Shown here: positions 26,691-37,544 of the stretch, piece after piece
Layout of the letters: every line of letters starts with the position of its first letter
How positions within the stretch are numbered: position 1 is the first letter of the stretch
Program-made: the position numbers and the translations under genes
The notes under the pieces: generated by a model
Databases searched by the model: none
What the model saw: only the letters and a program-made list of their open reading frames with translations
What the model was told of the DNA's origin: nothing
Assembly: GCA_902593475.1 (NCBI GenBank)
Contig: CACJIM010000001.1
Coordinates: forward strand, 18,531-82,530
Direction: 5' to 3'
Length of the DNA stretch: 64,000 nt
Source: an uncultured Candidatus Actinomarina sp.
GTDB taxonomy: Bacteria > Actinomycetota > Acidimicrobiia > Actinomarinales > Actinomarinaceae

Positions 26691-27733
26691 TGATTTTCAA
26701 ATGTAGTAAAAACTTCATTGGTAGTTTGAGTGACTCTAATAAATGTTGTGCATTTTGGAAGGTCTTTAAGAGTTTTTGCACCCACATAAGAGCATGCTGA
26801 TCGAACTCCCCCAAGAATAGCTTGCACTGTGTTATCAAGTGGTCCTTTAAATTTTAATCTAACTTTCTTTCCTTCTGGAGCTCTATGTTCTGCTAAATCT
26901 CCATAATAAGTTTGCTGAGCTTTTGTAGAGGACATTCCATAGAAATCTTTGTATTTAACACCATCATCATCCTCAACCAACTCACCTCCTGATTCTTCAT
27001 GTCCAGCAAACATTCCACCTAACATAACAAAGTCTGCTCCAGCGCCAAAAGCTTTTGAAACATCTCCTGGAAATTTACACCCTCCATCAGCCATAACGTG
27101 ACCACCTAGACCGTGTGCGGCATCTGAGCATTCAGAGATAGATGAAAGTTGTGGATATCCCACTCCAGCAACACTTCTAGTTGTGCAGACTGAACCTGGA
27201 CCTATGCCAATCTTTACAATATCTGCTCCAGCAAGAATTAAAGCTTCTGTCATTTCTCTTGTCGCAACGTTACCTGCAATTATTATTTTATCTTTAAAAG
27301 TTTCTCTATATCTTTTGACAGCATTTATAAAATCTTCTCTATATCCATTAGCAACGTCTATGCAAAGGAATTTTATATTATCATTTAATTTAAAAATATC
27401 TTTTGCAAGTTGCATGTCTTCATCAGATTGGCCCACTGTGACTGCAATAAAGTTAGGATCTAATTTGTCAATTGATTGTTTCCAATCTTCAACAGTGTAA
27501 AACTTATGGACTGCTGTAATCATTTTATGTTTTTGTAAAGATATAGCAGTTTCAAAAGTTCCTGTTGTGTCCATATTTGCGGAGACTATAGGTACACCGG
27601 ACCATGTTAAAGATGTATGTCTAAACTTTAAGTCTCTGTCAAGCTGTACTTCAGATCTGGATACTAAGGTACTTCTTTTAGGTCTAATTAAAACATCATC
27701 AAATGTTAATTTTATTTCGTCTTCAATTCTCAT
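26687..27733 (-). CDS. guaC: GMP reductase (enterobacterial GuaC type).
   Basis: [31 protein letters not shown]...[11 protein letters not shown]...[11 protein letters not shown]... closely parallels E. coli GuaC as I recall it. About 348 aa with no CBS insert. Confidence 0.88.
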   Translation of the reverse strand: MRIEDEIKLTFDDVLIRPKRSTLVSRSEVQLDRDLKFRHTSLTWSGVPIVSANMDTTGTFETAISLQKHKMITAVHKFYTVEDWKQSIDKLDPNFIAVTVGQSDEDMQLAKDIFKLNDNIKFLCIDVANGYREDFINAVKRYRETFKDKIIIAGNVATREMTEALILAGADIVKIGIGPGSVCTTRSVAGVGYPQLSSISECSDAAHGLGGHVMADGGCKFPGDVSKAFGAGADFVMLGGMFAGHEESGGELVEDDDGVKYKDFYGMSSTKAQQTYYGDLAEHRAPEGKKVRLKFKGPLDNTVQAILGGVRSACSYVGAKTLKDLPKCTTFIRVTQTTNEVFTTFENH

Positions 27734-27769
27734 TATTTACAAAAGTATTTTATGCTATTTAACAGGTAA

Positions 27770-28342
27770 ATGTTAGTTGAATTTCCATTTTTTGCTGCTG
27801 GTATAAATTATTTCCCTGGTGAAATTTCAGCGTTAAGAGTTTTTGAACCAAGATATTTATTACTTATTGGTGATTCAATTGTTAATTCAAAAAGCTTTTT
27901 GGTTGGAAGAAATATGGAAGAACTTGGCCAAGTTGTATCTGAAGTAGAAATTTTAGAGCATCAAGACATATCTAATGCTGAACAACTTGTAGTGATCGAA
28001 TGTAAAAATTTATACAAAGTAAAAGAAATCATAACAGAAAATGAATACCCTATTTGCAAGATAAATGATCATAATGATGTGGGTTTACCACCTGGTGTAA
28101 ATGAACTTGATATTTTAGAAAAAAATATTAAAAAAATGACAGCAAAACTAATTGAGCAAGGATTGAATACAACTATTCCAGAATTTTTGGTAGATAGCGA
28201 AAATAGGATAAATAAACTTTGGGAATTATGTATTTATACACCAATGGACCTAGAAACGAAAAACTACATATTAAATCAAAATGATATTTTTAAAAGATAT
28301 GAAACTTTGCTTAATTATGTAGAGTCTGTTCTCAATTCTTAA
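27770..28342 (+). CDS. LON substrate-binding (N-terminal) domain protein.
   Basis: FPFFAAGINYFPGEISALRVFEPRYLLLIGD matches the LON_substr_bdg PUA-like domain start. There are no AAA or protease domains. Confidence 0.7.
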   Translation: MLVEFPFFAAGINYFPGEISALRVFEPRYLLLIGDSIVNSKSFLVGRNMEELGQVVSEVEILEHQDISNAEQLVVIECKNLYKVKEIITENEYPICKINDHNDVGLPPGVNELDILEKNIKKMTAKLIEQGLNTTIPEFLVDSENRINKLWELCIYTPMDLETKNYILNQNDIFKRYETLLNYVESVLNS

Positions 28343-28988
28343 ACGCAATCCATTTGTTATAAAAGTTATGCATCGTTTTTTCAAGTTGTTGAGAGTTGTC
28401 TTTTAAATAATTTAATTCAGAATGTACGTCATAATTTGCTAGTTCTTCTTTGGATAAATCACTATCATACCAATTTTCAAAAAGATCTAATTTAATCTCA
28501 GGGTGAAACTGTAATGCCAAAGAATTTTTTATACTATAAATTTGTGGATATTCTGTTCTAGCAATCAGAGTTGCTTCTGGAGGAATATTAAAAGTGTCCC
28601 TATGCCATGAAAAAACTTTAGTATTTTTAAAATCATCAAATAAGGAATCATCAATAAGGAATTCTAAATTTTTAAAGCCAAACTCAATATTTTTTGATAA
28701 AAACGCAGCTCCACCCATTGCGTCAGCAATTAATTGAGAACCTAGACAAATTCCTAAAATTTTTGTATTTGAATTTATTGCATATTTTAACCATTCTTTT
28801 TCTTCTTGGAGATAAGTGAACTTTTGATCATCATACGAACCCATATGACCACCTAGAATTATGTAATTATCGTCTAAAGAAAGATCATCCCAATTAATAT
28901 CCCAAGCGTTAATTGAAATTACATTATTTGGGAGAGATCCAGCAGTAACTTCGGAATCATTAATAATTGCTATTGTACTTTTATTCAT
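28332..28988 (-). CDS. Class-I glutamine amidotransferase-like protein.
   Basis: ILGICLGSQLIA nucleophile elbow and a QFHPE His-Glu motif. Start set at ATG 28988, because the track extension to 29021 would run through the tRNA gene. Confidence 0.7.
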   Translation of the reverse strand: MNKSTIAIINDSEVTAGSLPNNVISINAWDINWDDLSLDDNYIILGGHMGSYDDQKFTYLQEEKEWLKYAINSNTKILGICLGSQLIADAMGGAAFLSKNIEFGFKNLEFLIDDSLFDDFKNTKVFSWHRDTFNIPPEATLIARTEYPQIYSIKNSLALQFHPEIKLDLFENWYDSDLSKEELANYDVHSELNYLKDNSQQLEKTMHNFYNKWIAFKN

Positions 28989-28994
28989 TGTTTG

Positions 28995-29078
28995 TGCGCG
29001 GAAGAGGACTCGAACCTCCACGGGTTTTACCCCACAGGATCCTTAATCCTGCGCGTCTACCAGTTCCGCCACCCGCGC
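28995..29078 (-). tRNA. tRNA-Leu with apparent anticodon AAG (class II, long variable arm). CCA is not encoded.
   Basis: Hand-folded: GCGCGGG-UG-GCGG-AACUGGUAGA-CGCG-CAGGA-[UUAAGGA]-UCCUG-UGGGGUAAAACCCGU-GGAGG-UUCGAGU-CCUCU-UCCGCGC-A. The anticodon occupies complement 29042-29044. The gene lies 4 nt after the secG stop and 6 nt before the next ATG. Confidence 0.85.
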
Positions 29079-29082
29079 AAAC

Positions 29083-29319
29083 CTAATCTAAAAACCAGAA
29101 TAAAGATAAAGTCGTTGCAGCAAATAATAGTGCAACTAATGCAGTGATTCTTCCAAGATTTCTTTCAGCTAATGTTTGACCTATATTTCCAGATGAACCG
29201 GGTCCACCAAGCATATCTGACAAACCACCGCCTTTACCGCTATTCAACAAAACTAAAGCAATAAGAGCTACCGATATAAGAACATGCACACTGATTAAAA
29301 CTGCTGTAATTGTATCCAT
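29083..29319 (-). CDS. secG: Preprotein translocase subunit SecG.
   Basis: Two TM with the LNSGKGGGLSDMLGG glycine-rich loop. Synteny tpiA...secG. Confidence 0.88.
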   Translation of the reverse strand: MDTITAVLISVHVLISVALIALVLLNSGKGGGLSDMLGGPGSSGNIGQTLAERNLGRITALVALLFAATTLSLFWFLD

Positions 29320-29329
29320 ATTATTAACA

Positions 29330-30079
29330 CTAACCTTTCTTATCAGTTATCTTTGACTGCATTTCAACTTCTTTAGCAAGATTGTTAATTGCTTCTTCGT
29401 CACCTAAATAACCAATTTTTTCAATATTATTATCTGAAATATTATATGCTAGTGGAATTCCAGTCGGAATGTTAACGTCCACTATATCTTTGTCAGATAA
29501 ATTGTCGAGCAATTTAACCATAGCTCTTATGCTGTTGCCATGGGCTACAACTAAAACTGACTTTTCTTTAGCTGTTGCTATTATTTGCTCGTAGGTCTTT
29601 ACAACCCTTAAAACAACATCTTTTAAAGATTCACCTAGTGGTAGCTCTGATTCAATATCATTATATAATTCATGAGTTTTTGGATCATGTTCTGAATTTT
29701 GCTCTGCCATAGGAGGTGCCGTATCGAAACTTCTTCTCCATATTTGTACTTGTTCTTGTCCAAATTTCTTTGCTGTTTCAATTTTATCTAAACCTTGTAA
29801 AGCTCCATAATGTCTTTCATTAAGCTCCCACTTTTTCACATTTTCAAAAGTAATATTCATTTTTTTATAACTTTCAACGATATGGGCAGCAGTATTAATT
29901 GATCGTTTTAAATAAGAGGTAAAACAGATTTCTGGATAAAAGTTATTATCAATCAAAGTAACACCAGCAGTTTTTGCTTCAACTTCACCCCTTTCAGACA
30001 AATCTATATCAACCCATCCTGTAAATTTATTTTCTAAATTCCAGAGGCTCTGTCCGTGTCGTATAAATACAAGATTCAT
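29330..30079 (-). CDS. gpmA: 2,3-bisphosphoglycerate-dependent phosphoglycerate mutase.
   Basis: LVFIRHGQSLWNLENKFTGWVD and downstream ERHYG plus HGNS motifs. Confidence 0.92.
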   Translation of the reverse strand: MNLVFIRHGQSLWNLENKFTGWVDIDLSERGEVEAKTAGVTLIDNNFYPEICFTSYLKRSINTAAHIVESYKKMNITFENVKKWELNERHYGALQGLDKIETAKKFGQEQVQIWRRSFDTAPPMAEQNSEHDPKTHELYNDIESELPLGESLKDVVLRVVKTYEQIIATAKEKSVLVVAHGNSIRAMVKLLDNLSDKDIVDVNIPTGIPLAYNISDNNIEKIGYLGDEEAINNLAKEVEMQSKITDKKG

Positions 30080-30846
30080 AAATTAACACTTTTGATAATA
30101 TCAACGAATTTATCTGCATCTAGAGATGCTCCACCAACTAATGCACCGTCTACAATACTCGTGTTTAATATTTCAGAAGAATTATCTGGAGAGACGCTTC
30201 CACCATAAATTAATTTTACAGTTTCATCTGAAAAGTAAGGCTTATCAGAAACTAAGTCCTTAACAAAATCTAATACTTCAACAATATTTTCTATAGATGC
30301 AACTTCACCAGTGCCAATTGCCCAGATAGGTTCATAAGCTAGTACTAACTTATTAACCTTGTCTTTTCTAACACCTTTTAAACCTTCATTTATTTGATTT
30401 TTGATAAATTCTAAATATGAGCCTTCTGATCTTTGTTCTAGACTTTCACCAAAACATAAGATTGGAATTATTTCATTTTCTAATAATCTAGTTAATTTAA
30501 TGTTCACATCATTGTCAGTTTCATTAAAATGAAGTCTTCTTTCAGAATGACCAATAATTGAATAATCTATATTTAATTTTTTAAGCTGAATAGCTGATAC
30601 TTCGCCAGTAAATGCTCCATCACTGTAGGCAGATACATCTTGTGATGAAATTTTAATTTTAAGATTATCTGTAGAAATTACAGTTTGTAAAGATCTCAAT
30701 GAAGTGTGCGATGGTGATAAGACTATGTCTATTTTTTCTTCTATATCCTTATCTAATGAATAATTTATTTTCTGTAGTAATTGAATACCTTGTAAATGAT
30801 CAAGATTTAATTTCCAGTTTCCAATTATTATTTTTTTCATTATCAA
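30076..30846 (-). CDS. tpiA: Triosephosphate isomerase.
   Basis: IIGNWKLN, IGHSERR, AYEPIWAIGTG and GGASL motifs. Confidence 0.93.
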   Translation of the reverse strand: MIMKKIIIGNWKLNLDHLQGIQLLQKINYSLDKDIEEKIDIVLSPSHTSLRSLQTVISTDNLKIKISSQDVSAYSDGAFTGEVSAIQLKKLNIDYSIIGHSERRLHFNETDNDVNIKLTRLLENEIIPILCFGESLEQRSEGSYLEFIKNQINEGLKGVRKDKVNKLVLAYEPIWAIGTGEVASIENIVEVLDFVKDLVSDKPYFSDETVKLIYGGSVSPDNSSEILNTSIVDGALVGGASLDADKFVDIIKSVNL

Positions 30847-31997
30847 ATTATAAGTGATTTGTATTTGTTTACCCCTGGTAATTTTTTTCCTTCAAGATAT
30901 TCCAAAGATGCTCCGCCACCTGTTGATATATGATTAAAGTTTTTTTTATCAGAAAATTTATTAATTGCACTTACAGAATCCCCACCACCAATACATGTAT
31001 ATGCAGATGAATTAGAAATAATCTCAGTTATTTGTTTAGTTCCATAACTAAACGCCTCTTTTTCAAAGATACCCATAGGTCCATTCCAAAAAATATTATT
31101 TGAATTTTTTAAAATTTTTCTAAAATTGGAAACAGTTTGAGGTCCAATATCAACACCTATATGATTGTTTTTAAAATCCTCTAACTTTACATTTTCTCTA
31201 ACTGAACTATCTATTGAGTCAGCAACACCAAAGTCTATTGGTAATATTATTTTTTTTCCAAATCTTGAATCAAGAAGCTCCTCTGCTTTTGAAATAAATG
31301 ACTCTTCTAGCAATGACCTCCCGATTTCATGTCCTAGAGCTTTTAATAAAGTAAAGCACATTCCTCCACCAACCATAAGATATTCAACTTTTGGCAGAAG
31401 CTTTTCAATCAGATTAAGTTTGTCTGAAATTTTTGCACCACCAAGTAGAACTGCGTAACCAGATTCACTATTATTTAACAATCTATCTAATTCATGTATT
31501 TCTTTATCCATTAAAGGACCTTGGAACGATTCTAAGTTTTCACCAAAGCTAACCACAGATGCGTGTTCTCTGTGGGCTGCGCCAAATGCATCAAATATAT
31601 ATGAATTAAAAGGTTTTGTAATTTGATTAGAGAAATCCTTATCATTTTCGATCTCCCCTTTTTGAAACCTTAAATTTTCTAAGAGAAATATTTTAGATTC
31701 TAATTTTTCAATCTGTTCTTCAACTTTTTCACCAAATACTTCTTCAATAAAGCGTACTTCTTTACCAAGAAAATCTGACATGCTTTCAGCTACAGGTCGT
31801 AAAGATAAATTTAAATCTTTACCGTTAGGTCTGCCCATATGACTTGTAAACGTAATTGTTCTTGACTTATCTAAAATACTTTCAAGAATTTCAACTGATT
31901 TTAATATTCTAAAATTATCTGTGATTTCACCATTCTTAATTGGAACATTTAAATCAGATCTAATTAAAACATTGCCTAAATTGTCTAATTTTGACAA
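30843..31997 (-). CDS. pgk: Phosphoglycerate kinase.
   Basis: RSDLNVP, FDAFGAAHR and GGGDS motifs. TTG start 1 nt after the rapZ stop. Confidence 0.93.
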   Translation of the reverse strand: MSKLDNLGNVLIRSDLNVPIKNGEITDNFRILKSVEILESILDKSRTITFTSHMGRPNGKDLNLSLRPVAESMSDFLGKEVRFIEEVFGEKVEEQIEKLESKIFLLENLRFQKGEIENDKDFSNQITKPFNSYIFDAFGAAHREHASVVSFGENLESFQGPLMDKEIHELDRLLNNSESGYAVLLGGAKISDKLNLIEKLLPKVEYLMVGGGMCFTLLKALGHEIGRSLLEESFISKAEELLDSRFGKKIILPIDFGVADSIDSSVRENVKLEDFKNNHIGVDIGPQTVSNFRKILKNSNNIFWNGPMGIFEKEAFSYGTKQITEIISNSSAYTCIGGGDSVSAINKFSDKKNFNHISTGGGASLEYLEGKKLPGVNKYKSLII

Positions 31998-31998
31998 A

Positions 31999-32865
31999 TT
32001 ATGATTCCTTCATGTCTCTATGTATAACTACAGAGTCCTTTCCATCGTTTTTAAGCCATTTACCTATTTCTTCAGTCATAACAACACTTCTATGCTTTCC
32101 TCCAGTGCATCCTATGGCTATTCCAACATATGATTTTCCTTCGGAAGTGAATCTTGGAAGTAAAAATTCAATCATATCTTTAACTTTATTTAAAAAAACC
32201 TGTGCGTCTTCAAATGAGAGAACATAGTTTCTTACCATTGGAGACTGCCCTGTAGAGGCTCTTAGTTCTTCTCTCCAATGTGGGTTTGGTAGAAATCTTA
32301 CATCAAATACAAGATCAGCATCTCGTGGTGTTCCATTTTTAAACCCAAATGAAGTTACAGAAATTTTTAAGTCCTGATTAGAAGCTTCTCCTTGAAAGCC
32401 TTCAATTATTCTTTTCCTCAATTCATGAACATTCATATCTGTAGTATCGATTACCTGATCAGCAAGTTCTCTAATTGGTTTAAGTAAATCTCTTTCAGAT
32501 TTTACAGACTGTGAGATAGAATCCATACCCATGGGGTGTGGACGTCTGTTTTCTTCATATCTCTCAATAAGCGTTTCATTATCAGCATCAAGAAAAATTA
32601 TTCTGGTTAAAACTCCAGATTGGCTTAATTTATCTAAACTGATTTTTAATTCTTCTTGGGCGGTAGTGTCTTTAGCATCAATTGTTAATACAAGTTGCTT
32701 GTTTGTTTCAGTAACATCATTTGATTGGACTACAGATTCTACTAGTTCTGCTGGTAAATTTTCAATTACATAATATCCTAAATCTTCAAATACATTTGAG
32801 CTTGCTGACCTACCAGCTCCGGACATTCCGACTAACAATAATACTTCTGGTCTTTTAGATGCCAT
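31999..32865 (-). CDS. rapZ: RNase adapter / nucleotide-binding protein RapZ (YvcJ).
   Basis: LLVGMSGAGRSASSNVFEDLGYYVIENLP, the C-terminal IGCTGGKHRSV motif, and a position downstream of uvrC. Confidence 0.88.
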   Translation of the reverse strand: MASKRPEVLLLVGMSGAGRSASSNVFEDLGYYVIENLPAELVESVVQSNDVTETNKQLVLTIDAKDTTAQEELKISLDKLSQSGVLTRIIFLDADNETLIERYEENRRPHPMGMDSISQSVKSERDLLKPIRELADQVIDTTDMNVHELRKRIIEGFQGEASNQDLKISVTSFGFKNGTPRDADLVFDVRFLPNPHWREELRASTGQSPMVRNYVLSFEDAQVFLNKVKDMIEFLLPRFTSEGKSYVGIAIGCTGGKHRSVVMTEEIGKWLKNDGKDSVVIHRDMKES

Positions 32866-32932
32866 TTAATTCCTTTTCAAGTTCATATTAGTTCCTATAT
32901 CTAACGATTGGGAAAATAATTTTTGTACCGAG

Positions 32933-34738
32933 TTATTTGTTGAAGTATTGATAAACTTTTGTTGCTTGTTTTTCGTCAATCAAGCTAGACAACTCTTTAT
33001 AACTTGCAGATGAAAGTTTGTTTAATGTCTTATACTTTTCTAATAATATATCTATAGAAGATTTTGCAACCCCCTTAATCTTAAATATAGATTCAATATC
33101 TAAATCTTTAAGTCTCAATCTTCTGTTTTCTTGTATGGCAAACCTATGTGCTTCATCTCTAATATTTTGAAGAATAAATAGTGCCTCAGAATTAGAATTT
33201 AAAACTATTGAAGACTTTTTATTGGGACTAAAAAGCTCTTCTTCTTTTTTAGCAATACCAATTACATCAATGTCTAATTTAAAGTGATCGATTACACTTT
33301 TTGCTTTTGATAATTGTCCTTTACCTCCATCGATTAAGATTAAGTCTGGATATCTTCGAAAGCTTTGGTCTTTTTCTTCATTATTAATTAAACGTTTTAC
33401 ACGTCTAAATATAACTTCTTCCATTGATCTAAAATCATCTTGTCCCTTAAAAGACTTTATGTGAAATTTACGATACATGGAAGGTTTGGAAATACCATCT
33501 TCCATTACAACCATAGAGCCAACTCTAAACTTATCTCCAAGATTTGAAATGTCATATGCTTCTATTCTGTAAGGTATTTTTTTTAGATTGAGTTTATGCT
33601 GCAGTTGTTCTAATGAAAGTGATCTAAATTCAAGATCAGACCTGCGTTTAAGATCTGCTACCCTTCTTAATTCTTTTGCATCATCAATTGCAGTATTTAA
33701 TAAATCTTTTTTCCAACCTCTATTAGGATTGGAGAGAGTTATTTTTTTATCCCATTTTTTTTCTAATTCTTTTTGAATAGTTTCAGATAAAGGAAATTCA
33801 TGGCTTACTAATATTTCGTTTGATGGCATATTCTTTTCAAATAAATTTATAATAATTTTTGGAAGATAGTTTTCATAGTCCTGAACATCCATTGGTTCAA
33901 AATTATTTTTTACTTCACCTACAATTCGTCCATTTCTAATTAGTAAACATGATAAAACAACATCAAACCTTCCAATGTCAATACCAATCACGTCAACATT
34001 TTTATCATTTGAAGTCATAAGGGTTTGACTAACTCTTGCATTTTCCAAATGCGATAGAGTAATTTTTACTTTGTTTGCTTCTTCATATTCTTGATTTTTT
34101 GAAAGTGTTTTCATCTCTTTAATTTTTTCATTTATGTAAGTATCTGAATTTCCTTTATAAAACTCTCTTAAATTACTTAAAAGATTTTGATACTCATCTT
34201 TGCTAACTAAATCTACACAAGGCCCTGAGCATTTATCAATTTCATAGAGCAAGCATGGTTTATTTAATTTTTGGTGTCTCTCAAATGTATTTTTTGTACA
34301 CGTTCTAACAGGAAAAATATTTATTAAGTGATCTAAGGATCTTTTTGCAGCTCCTATAAATGGAAAAGGACCAAAGTTTACATTTTGATGATTTATATTT
34401 CTTGAGACAAATGCCCTTGGCCATTCTTCATTTGTAATAGTTACATAAGGGTAAGATTTGTCATCTTTAAACTGAATGTTGTATTTGGGTTTAAATTCCT
34501 GAATAAATGAATATTCCGCTAATAATGCATTCGCTTCGTTTTGGGAAACTACAAATGAAATTGATTTCGCTTCTGATGTAAGTCGTTTGGTTTTCCAAGA
34601 AGTATTTTTATTAAAATATGAGGGTACTCTTTTTCTTAAATTTTTTGCCTTTCCTACATAAATAGGTTCGTCATAATCATCTTTGAAAATATATATACCT
34701 GGTTTATTTGGAATTTCATTTAAATTAATTTTTTCCAT
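32933..34738 (-). CDS. uvrC: Excinuclease ABC subunit C.
   Basis: N-terminal GIY-YIG (PGIYIFKD...IYVGKAKNLRKR), a UVR domain, and C-terminal endonuclease plus HhH. Confidence 0.93.
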   Translation of the reverse strand: MEKINLNEIPNKPGIYIFKDDYDEPIYVGKAKNLRKRVPSYFNKNTSWKTKRLTSEAKSISFVVSQNEANALLAEYSFIQEFKPKYNIQFKDDKSYPYVTITNEEWPRAFVSRNINHQNVNFGPFPFIGAAKRSLDHLINIFPVRTCTKNTFERHQKLNKPCLLYEIDKCSGPCVDLVSKDEYQNLLSNLREFYKGNSDTYINEKIKEMKTLSKNQEYEEANKVKITLSHLENARVSQTLMTSNDKNVDVIGIDIGRFDVVLSCLLIRNGRIVGEVKNNFEPMDVQDYENYLPKIIINLFEKNMPSNEILVSHEFPLSETIQKELEKKWDKKITLSNPNRGWKKDLLNTAIDDAKELRRVADLKRRSDLEFRSLSLEQLQHKLNLKKIPYRIEAYDISNLGDKFRVGSMVVMEDGISKPSMYRKFHIKSFKGQDDFRSMEEVIFRRVKRLINNEEKDQSFRRYPDLILIDGGKGQLSKAKSVIDHFKLDIDVIGIAKKEEELFSPNKKSSIVLNSNSEALFILQNIRDEAHRFAIQENRRLRLKDLDIESIFKIKGVAKSSIDILLEKYKTLNKLSSASYKELSSLIDEKQATKVYQYFNK

Positions 34739-37544
34739 TTAAAACTTCTTTCAAATGTTTACCTGTAAGTGAAAATTTATTTTTTGAAATACTTTCTGGA
34801 GTACCTTCACCAATTATAGTGCCGCCATTTTCACCACCTTCAGGTCCAAGGTCAATAATCCAATCAGAATTTTTTATTACATCTAAATTATGTTCAATGA
34901 CTATAACGGTGTTACCTTTATCAACCAACATGTGCAAGACTTCAAGTAATTTTTGGACATCAGCAAAATGAAGACCTGTTGTAGGCTCATCTAATATATA
35001 GACAGTCTTACCAGTAGATCTTTTACTCAGTTCTTTTGCTAACTTAACTCTTTGTGCTTCACCACCTGATAATGTTGTAGCAGCCTGACCTAGCTTAATA
35101 TAAGATAGTCCGACATCATCTAAAGTTTTTATAATCCTATAAATTGATGGCTGATTTTCAAATATGTTTAAAGCATTTTCAACTGTTGAATTTAAAATCT
35201 CAGCTATGTTGTAGCCTTTCCACCTAATAGATAAAGTTTCAGAATTATATCGGGTACCGTTGCACTCATCACATACAACATAAATATCAGGAAGAAAATA
35301 CATTTCTACTTTGATATTTCCATCTCCTTTGCAAAATTCACACCTACCACCAGGGACATTGAATGAAAACCTACCAGGTTTATAACCTCTTATTTTGGAT
35401 TCTTCAGTTAATGAGAATAAATTTCTTATCTGGTCAAATACTCCGGAATACGTGGCTGGGTTTGATCTAGGTGTTCGTCCAATTGGTGATTGGTCAATTT
35501 CAATGAGCTTATCAATATTTTCTAAACCAGAAACACTCTTGTGGAGTCCTGGCATTATAAAATTCTTTGAAAATTCATTTTGAATGGACTTTGATAAAAT
35601 ATCTGTTATTAATGTAGACTTTCCTGAACCAGACACTCCTGTAACTGATATAAATTTCCCTAAAGGAAAATTTACAGTTAAGTTCTTTAAATTATTTTCT
35701 TTCGCACCTCTAATGACAATATTTTCATTTTTTCCATTTCTGCGAACTAAAGGATAAGGCACGACTTGTTTACCTGATAAATACTGACCAGTAACTGACT
35801 TAATATTTGATGAAACTTTTTCCCAAGATCCCTCAGCAACAATCTCACCGCCTTGTTCACCCGCTCCCCAACCAATATCAATAACATGATCAGAGCTTTT
35901 CATCGTTTCCTCATCATGTTCAACTACTAAGACAGTATTTCCTAAATCTCTCAAGCGCAACAGTGTATCTATAAGTTTTATATTATCTGCTTGGTGCAAA
36001 CCGATTGATGGTTCATCCAATACATAAAGTACCCCAGTGAGTCCTGAACCTATTTGAGTTGCAAGTCTTATACGCTGTGCCTCTCCACCAGAGAGTGTTG
36101 CTGCGCCCCTGCTTAATTGAAGGTAGCTTAATCCGACTTCATTTAGAAACTTTAATCTTTCCTTAATCTCTCTAATAATTGGAATTGCAATTTCAAAGTC
36201 ACTTCCTGTGAGTTTAAAATTTTCTACTACATTAGAAGCTTCTTTAATAGAAAGGTTATTAAATTGACCTAAAGTTAAATTTTCAACTTGAACCAACCTT
36301 GATCTAATGTTTAACCTTTCACCATCACAATCTCCACAGGGAAGTTCTCGCATGAACTGCTTGTAGTACTCTCTTGCAGCATCTGAGGAAGTTTCTTCAT
36401 AATTTTTTTTGAAAGTTGGAACTATACCACGATATGGTTTGTGCCAAATTCTTGAATTTCCAAATCTGTTAACATATCTAATTACAGTTTTTTCACCTTT
36501 GGAACCATGTAATAAAATATCTTTTTGTTTTCTTGTTAAATTTTTGTATGGCTCGTCAACGGGTATATCAAAATGCTCACAAACACCATGAATTTGAGCT
36601 CTAAAATATTTTCTAGTCGACATATCAGGAAATACATTTTCATTAATAGATAATTCAAAATTTTTAATCAGCAAAGCTTCATCTATTTCGTAACTTACTC
36701 CCAACCCGTTACAAGACCCACATGCACCAAATGGAGAGTTGAAAGAAAAATCTCTTGGTTCAAGTTTGTCAAATGAGGTACCACATTTCAAACAACCTAA
36801 GTTTTGACTGTAGGTAGTAATTTTGCCATCAACACTTATATCAACTAATCCAGATGTTAATTCCAGTGCCGTTTCAACCGATTGTGGAAGCCTTCTTCCA
36901 GGTGTTTTCTTAATTTTTATTCTATCAATTACAACTGAGATATCATGATTAAAATATCTATCTAATCTCTTTGCTTCATCTAATCGAATTATTTCACCAT
37001 CAACAAGAACTCTAGAAAAACCTTGTGCTTGCAAATCCTTAAACAATGTTTCGAATTCTCCTTTACGGGAACGAACTACTGGCGCCAATATATCTAAACT
37101 AGTTCCTTCTTTTAAATTCATAATTTGTTTCACAATAAAACTTACAGATTGTTTCTCTATTTTATTGTTACAACTTGGACAGTAACTGATTCCAATTCGA
37201 GCCCACAAAAGCCTTAAATAATCATGTATTTCCGTCACAGTGCCAACTGTAGATCTAGGGCTGCGAGATGAAGTTTTTTGATCTATTGCGATTGCAGGAG
37301 ACAAACCATCAATACTTTCAACATCTGGTTTTTCCATTTGGCCTAAAAATTGCCTAGCATAAGCGGAAAGACTTTCTACATATCTTCTTTGACCCTCTGC
37401 ATAAATTGTATCAAAAGCAAGAGAGGATTTTCCTGAGCCAGATAATCCAGTAATAACAACTAGTTTGTTTTTTGGAATATCAACTGAAACATCTTTCAGG
37501 TTGTGTTCCTTTGCTCCTCTTACTTTAAGTATTTCTTCTTTCAT
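34725..37544 (-). CDS. uvrA: Excinuclease ABC subunit A.
   Basis: [34 protein letters not shown], two ABC modules, and zinc-finger CxxC pairs. Confidence 0.96.
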   Translation of the reverse strand: MKEEILKVRGAKEHNLKDVSVDIPKNKLVVITGLSGSGKSSLAFDTIYAEGQRRYVESLSAYARQFLGQMEKPDVESIDGLSPAIAIDQKTSSRSPRSTVGTVTEIHDYLRLLWARIGISYCPSCNNKIEKQSVSFIVKQIMNLKEGTSLDILAPVVRSRKGEFETLFKDLQAQGFSRVLVDGEIIRLDEAKRLDRYFNHDISVVIDRIKIKKTPGRRLPQSVETALELTSGLVDISVDGKITTYSQNLGCLKCGTSFDKLEPRDFSFNSPFGACGSCNGLGVSYEIDEALLIKNFELSINENVFPDMSTRKYFRAQIHGVCEHFDIPVDEPYKNLTRKQKDILLHGSKGEKTVIRYVNRFGNSRIWHKPYRGIVPTFKKNYEETSSDAAREYYKQFMRELPCGDCDGERLNIRSRLVQVENLTLGQFNNLSIKEASNVVENFKLTGSDFEIAIPIIREIKERLKFLNEVGLSYLQLSRGAATLSGGEAQRIRLATQIGSGLTGVLYVLDEPSIGLHQADNIKLIDTLLRLRDLGNTVLVVEHDEETMKSSDHVIDIGWGAGEQGGEIVAEGSWEKVSSNIKSVTGQYLSGKQVVPYPLVRRNGKNENIVIRGAKENNLKNLTVNFPLGKFISVTGVSGSGKSTLITDILSKSIQNEFSKNFIMPGLHKSVSGLENIDKLIEIDQSPIGRTPRSNPATYSGVFDQIRNLFSLTEESKIRGYKPGRFSFNVPGGRCEFCKGDGNIKVEMYFLPDIYVVCDECNGTRYNSETLSIRWKGYNIAEILNSTVENALNIFENQPSIYRIIKTLDDVGLSYIKLGQAATTLSGGEAQRVKLAKELSKRSTGKTVYILDEPTTGLHFADVQKLLEVLHMLVDKGNTVIVIEHNLDVIKNSDWIIDLGPEGGENGGTIIGEGTPESISKNKFSLTGKHLKEVLNGKN

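Noticed and set aside
28989-29021. N-terminal extension of the amidotransferase ORF (MEVRVLFRAQT).
   Set aside because: It would be translated from the body of the tRNA-Leu gene on the same strand. The ATG at 28988, just past the tRNA 3' end, is the plausible start.
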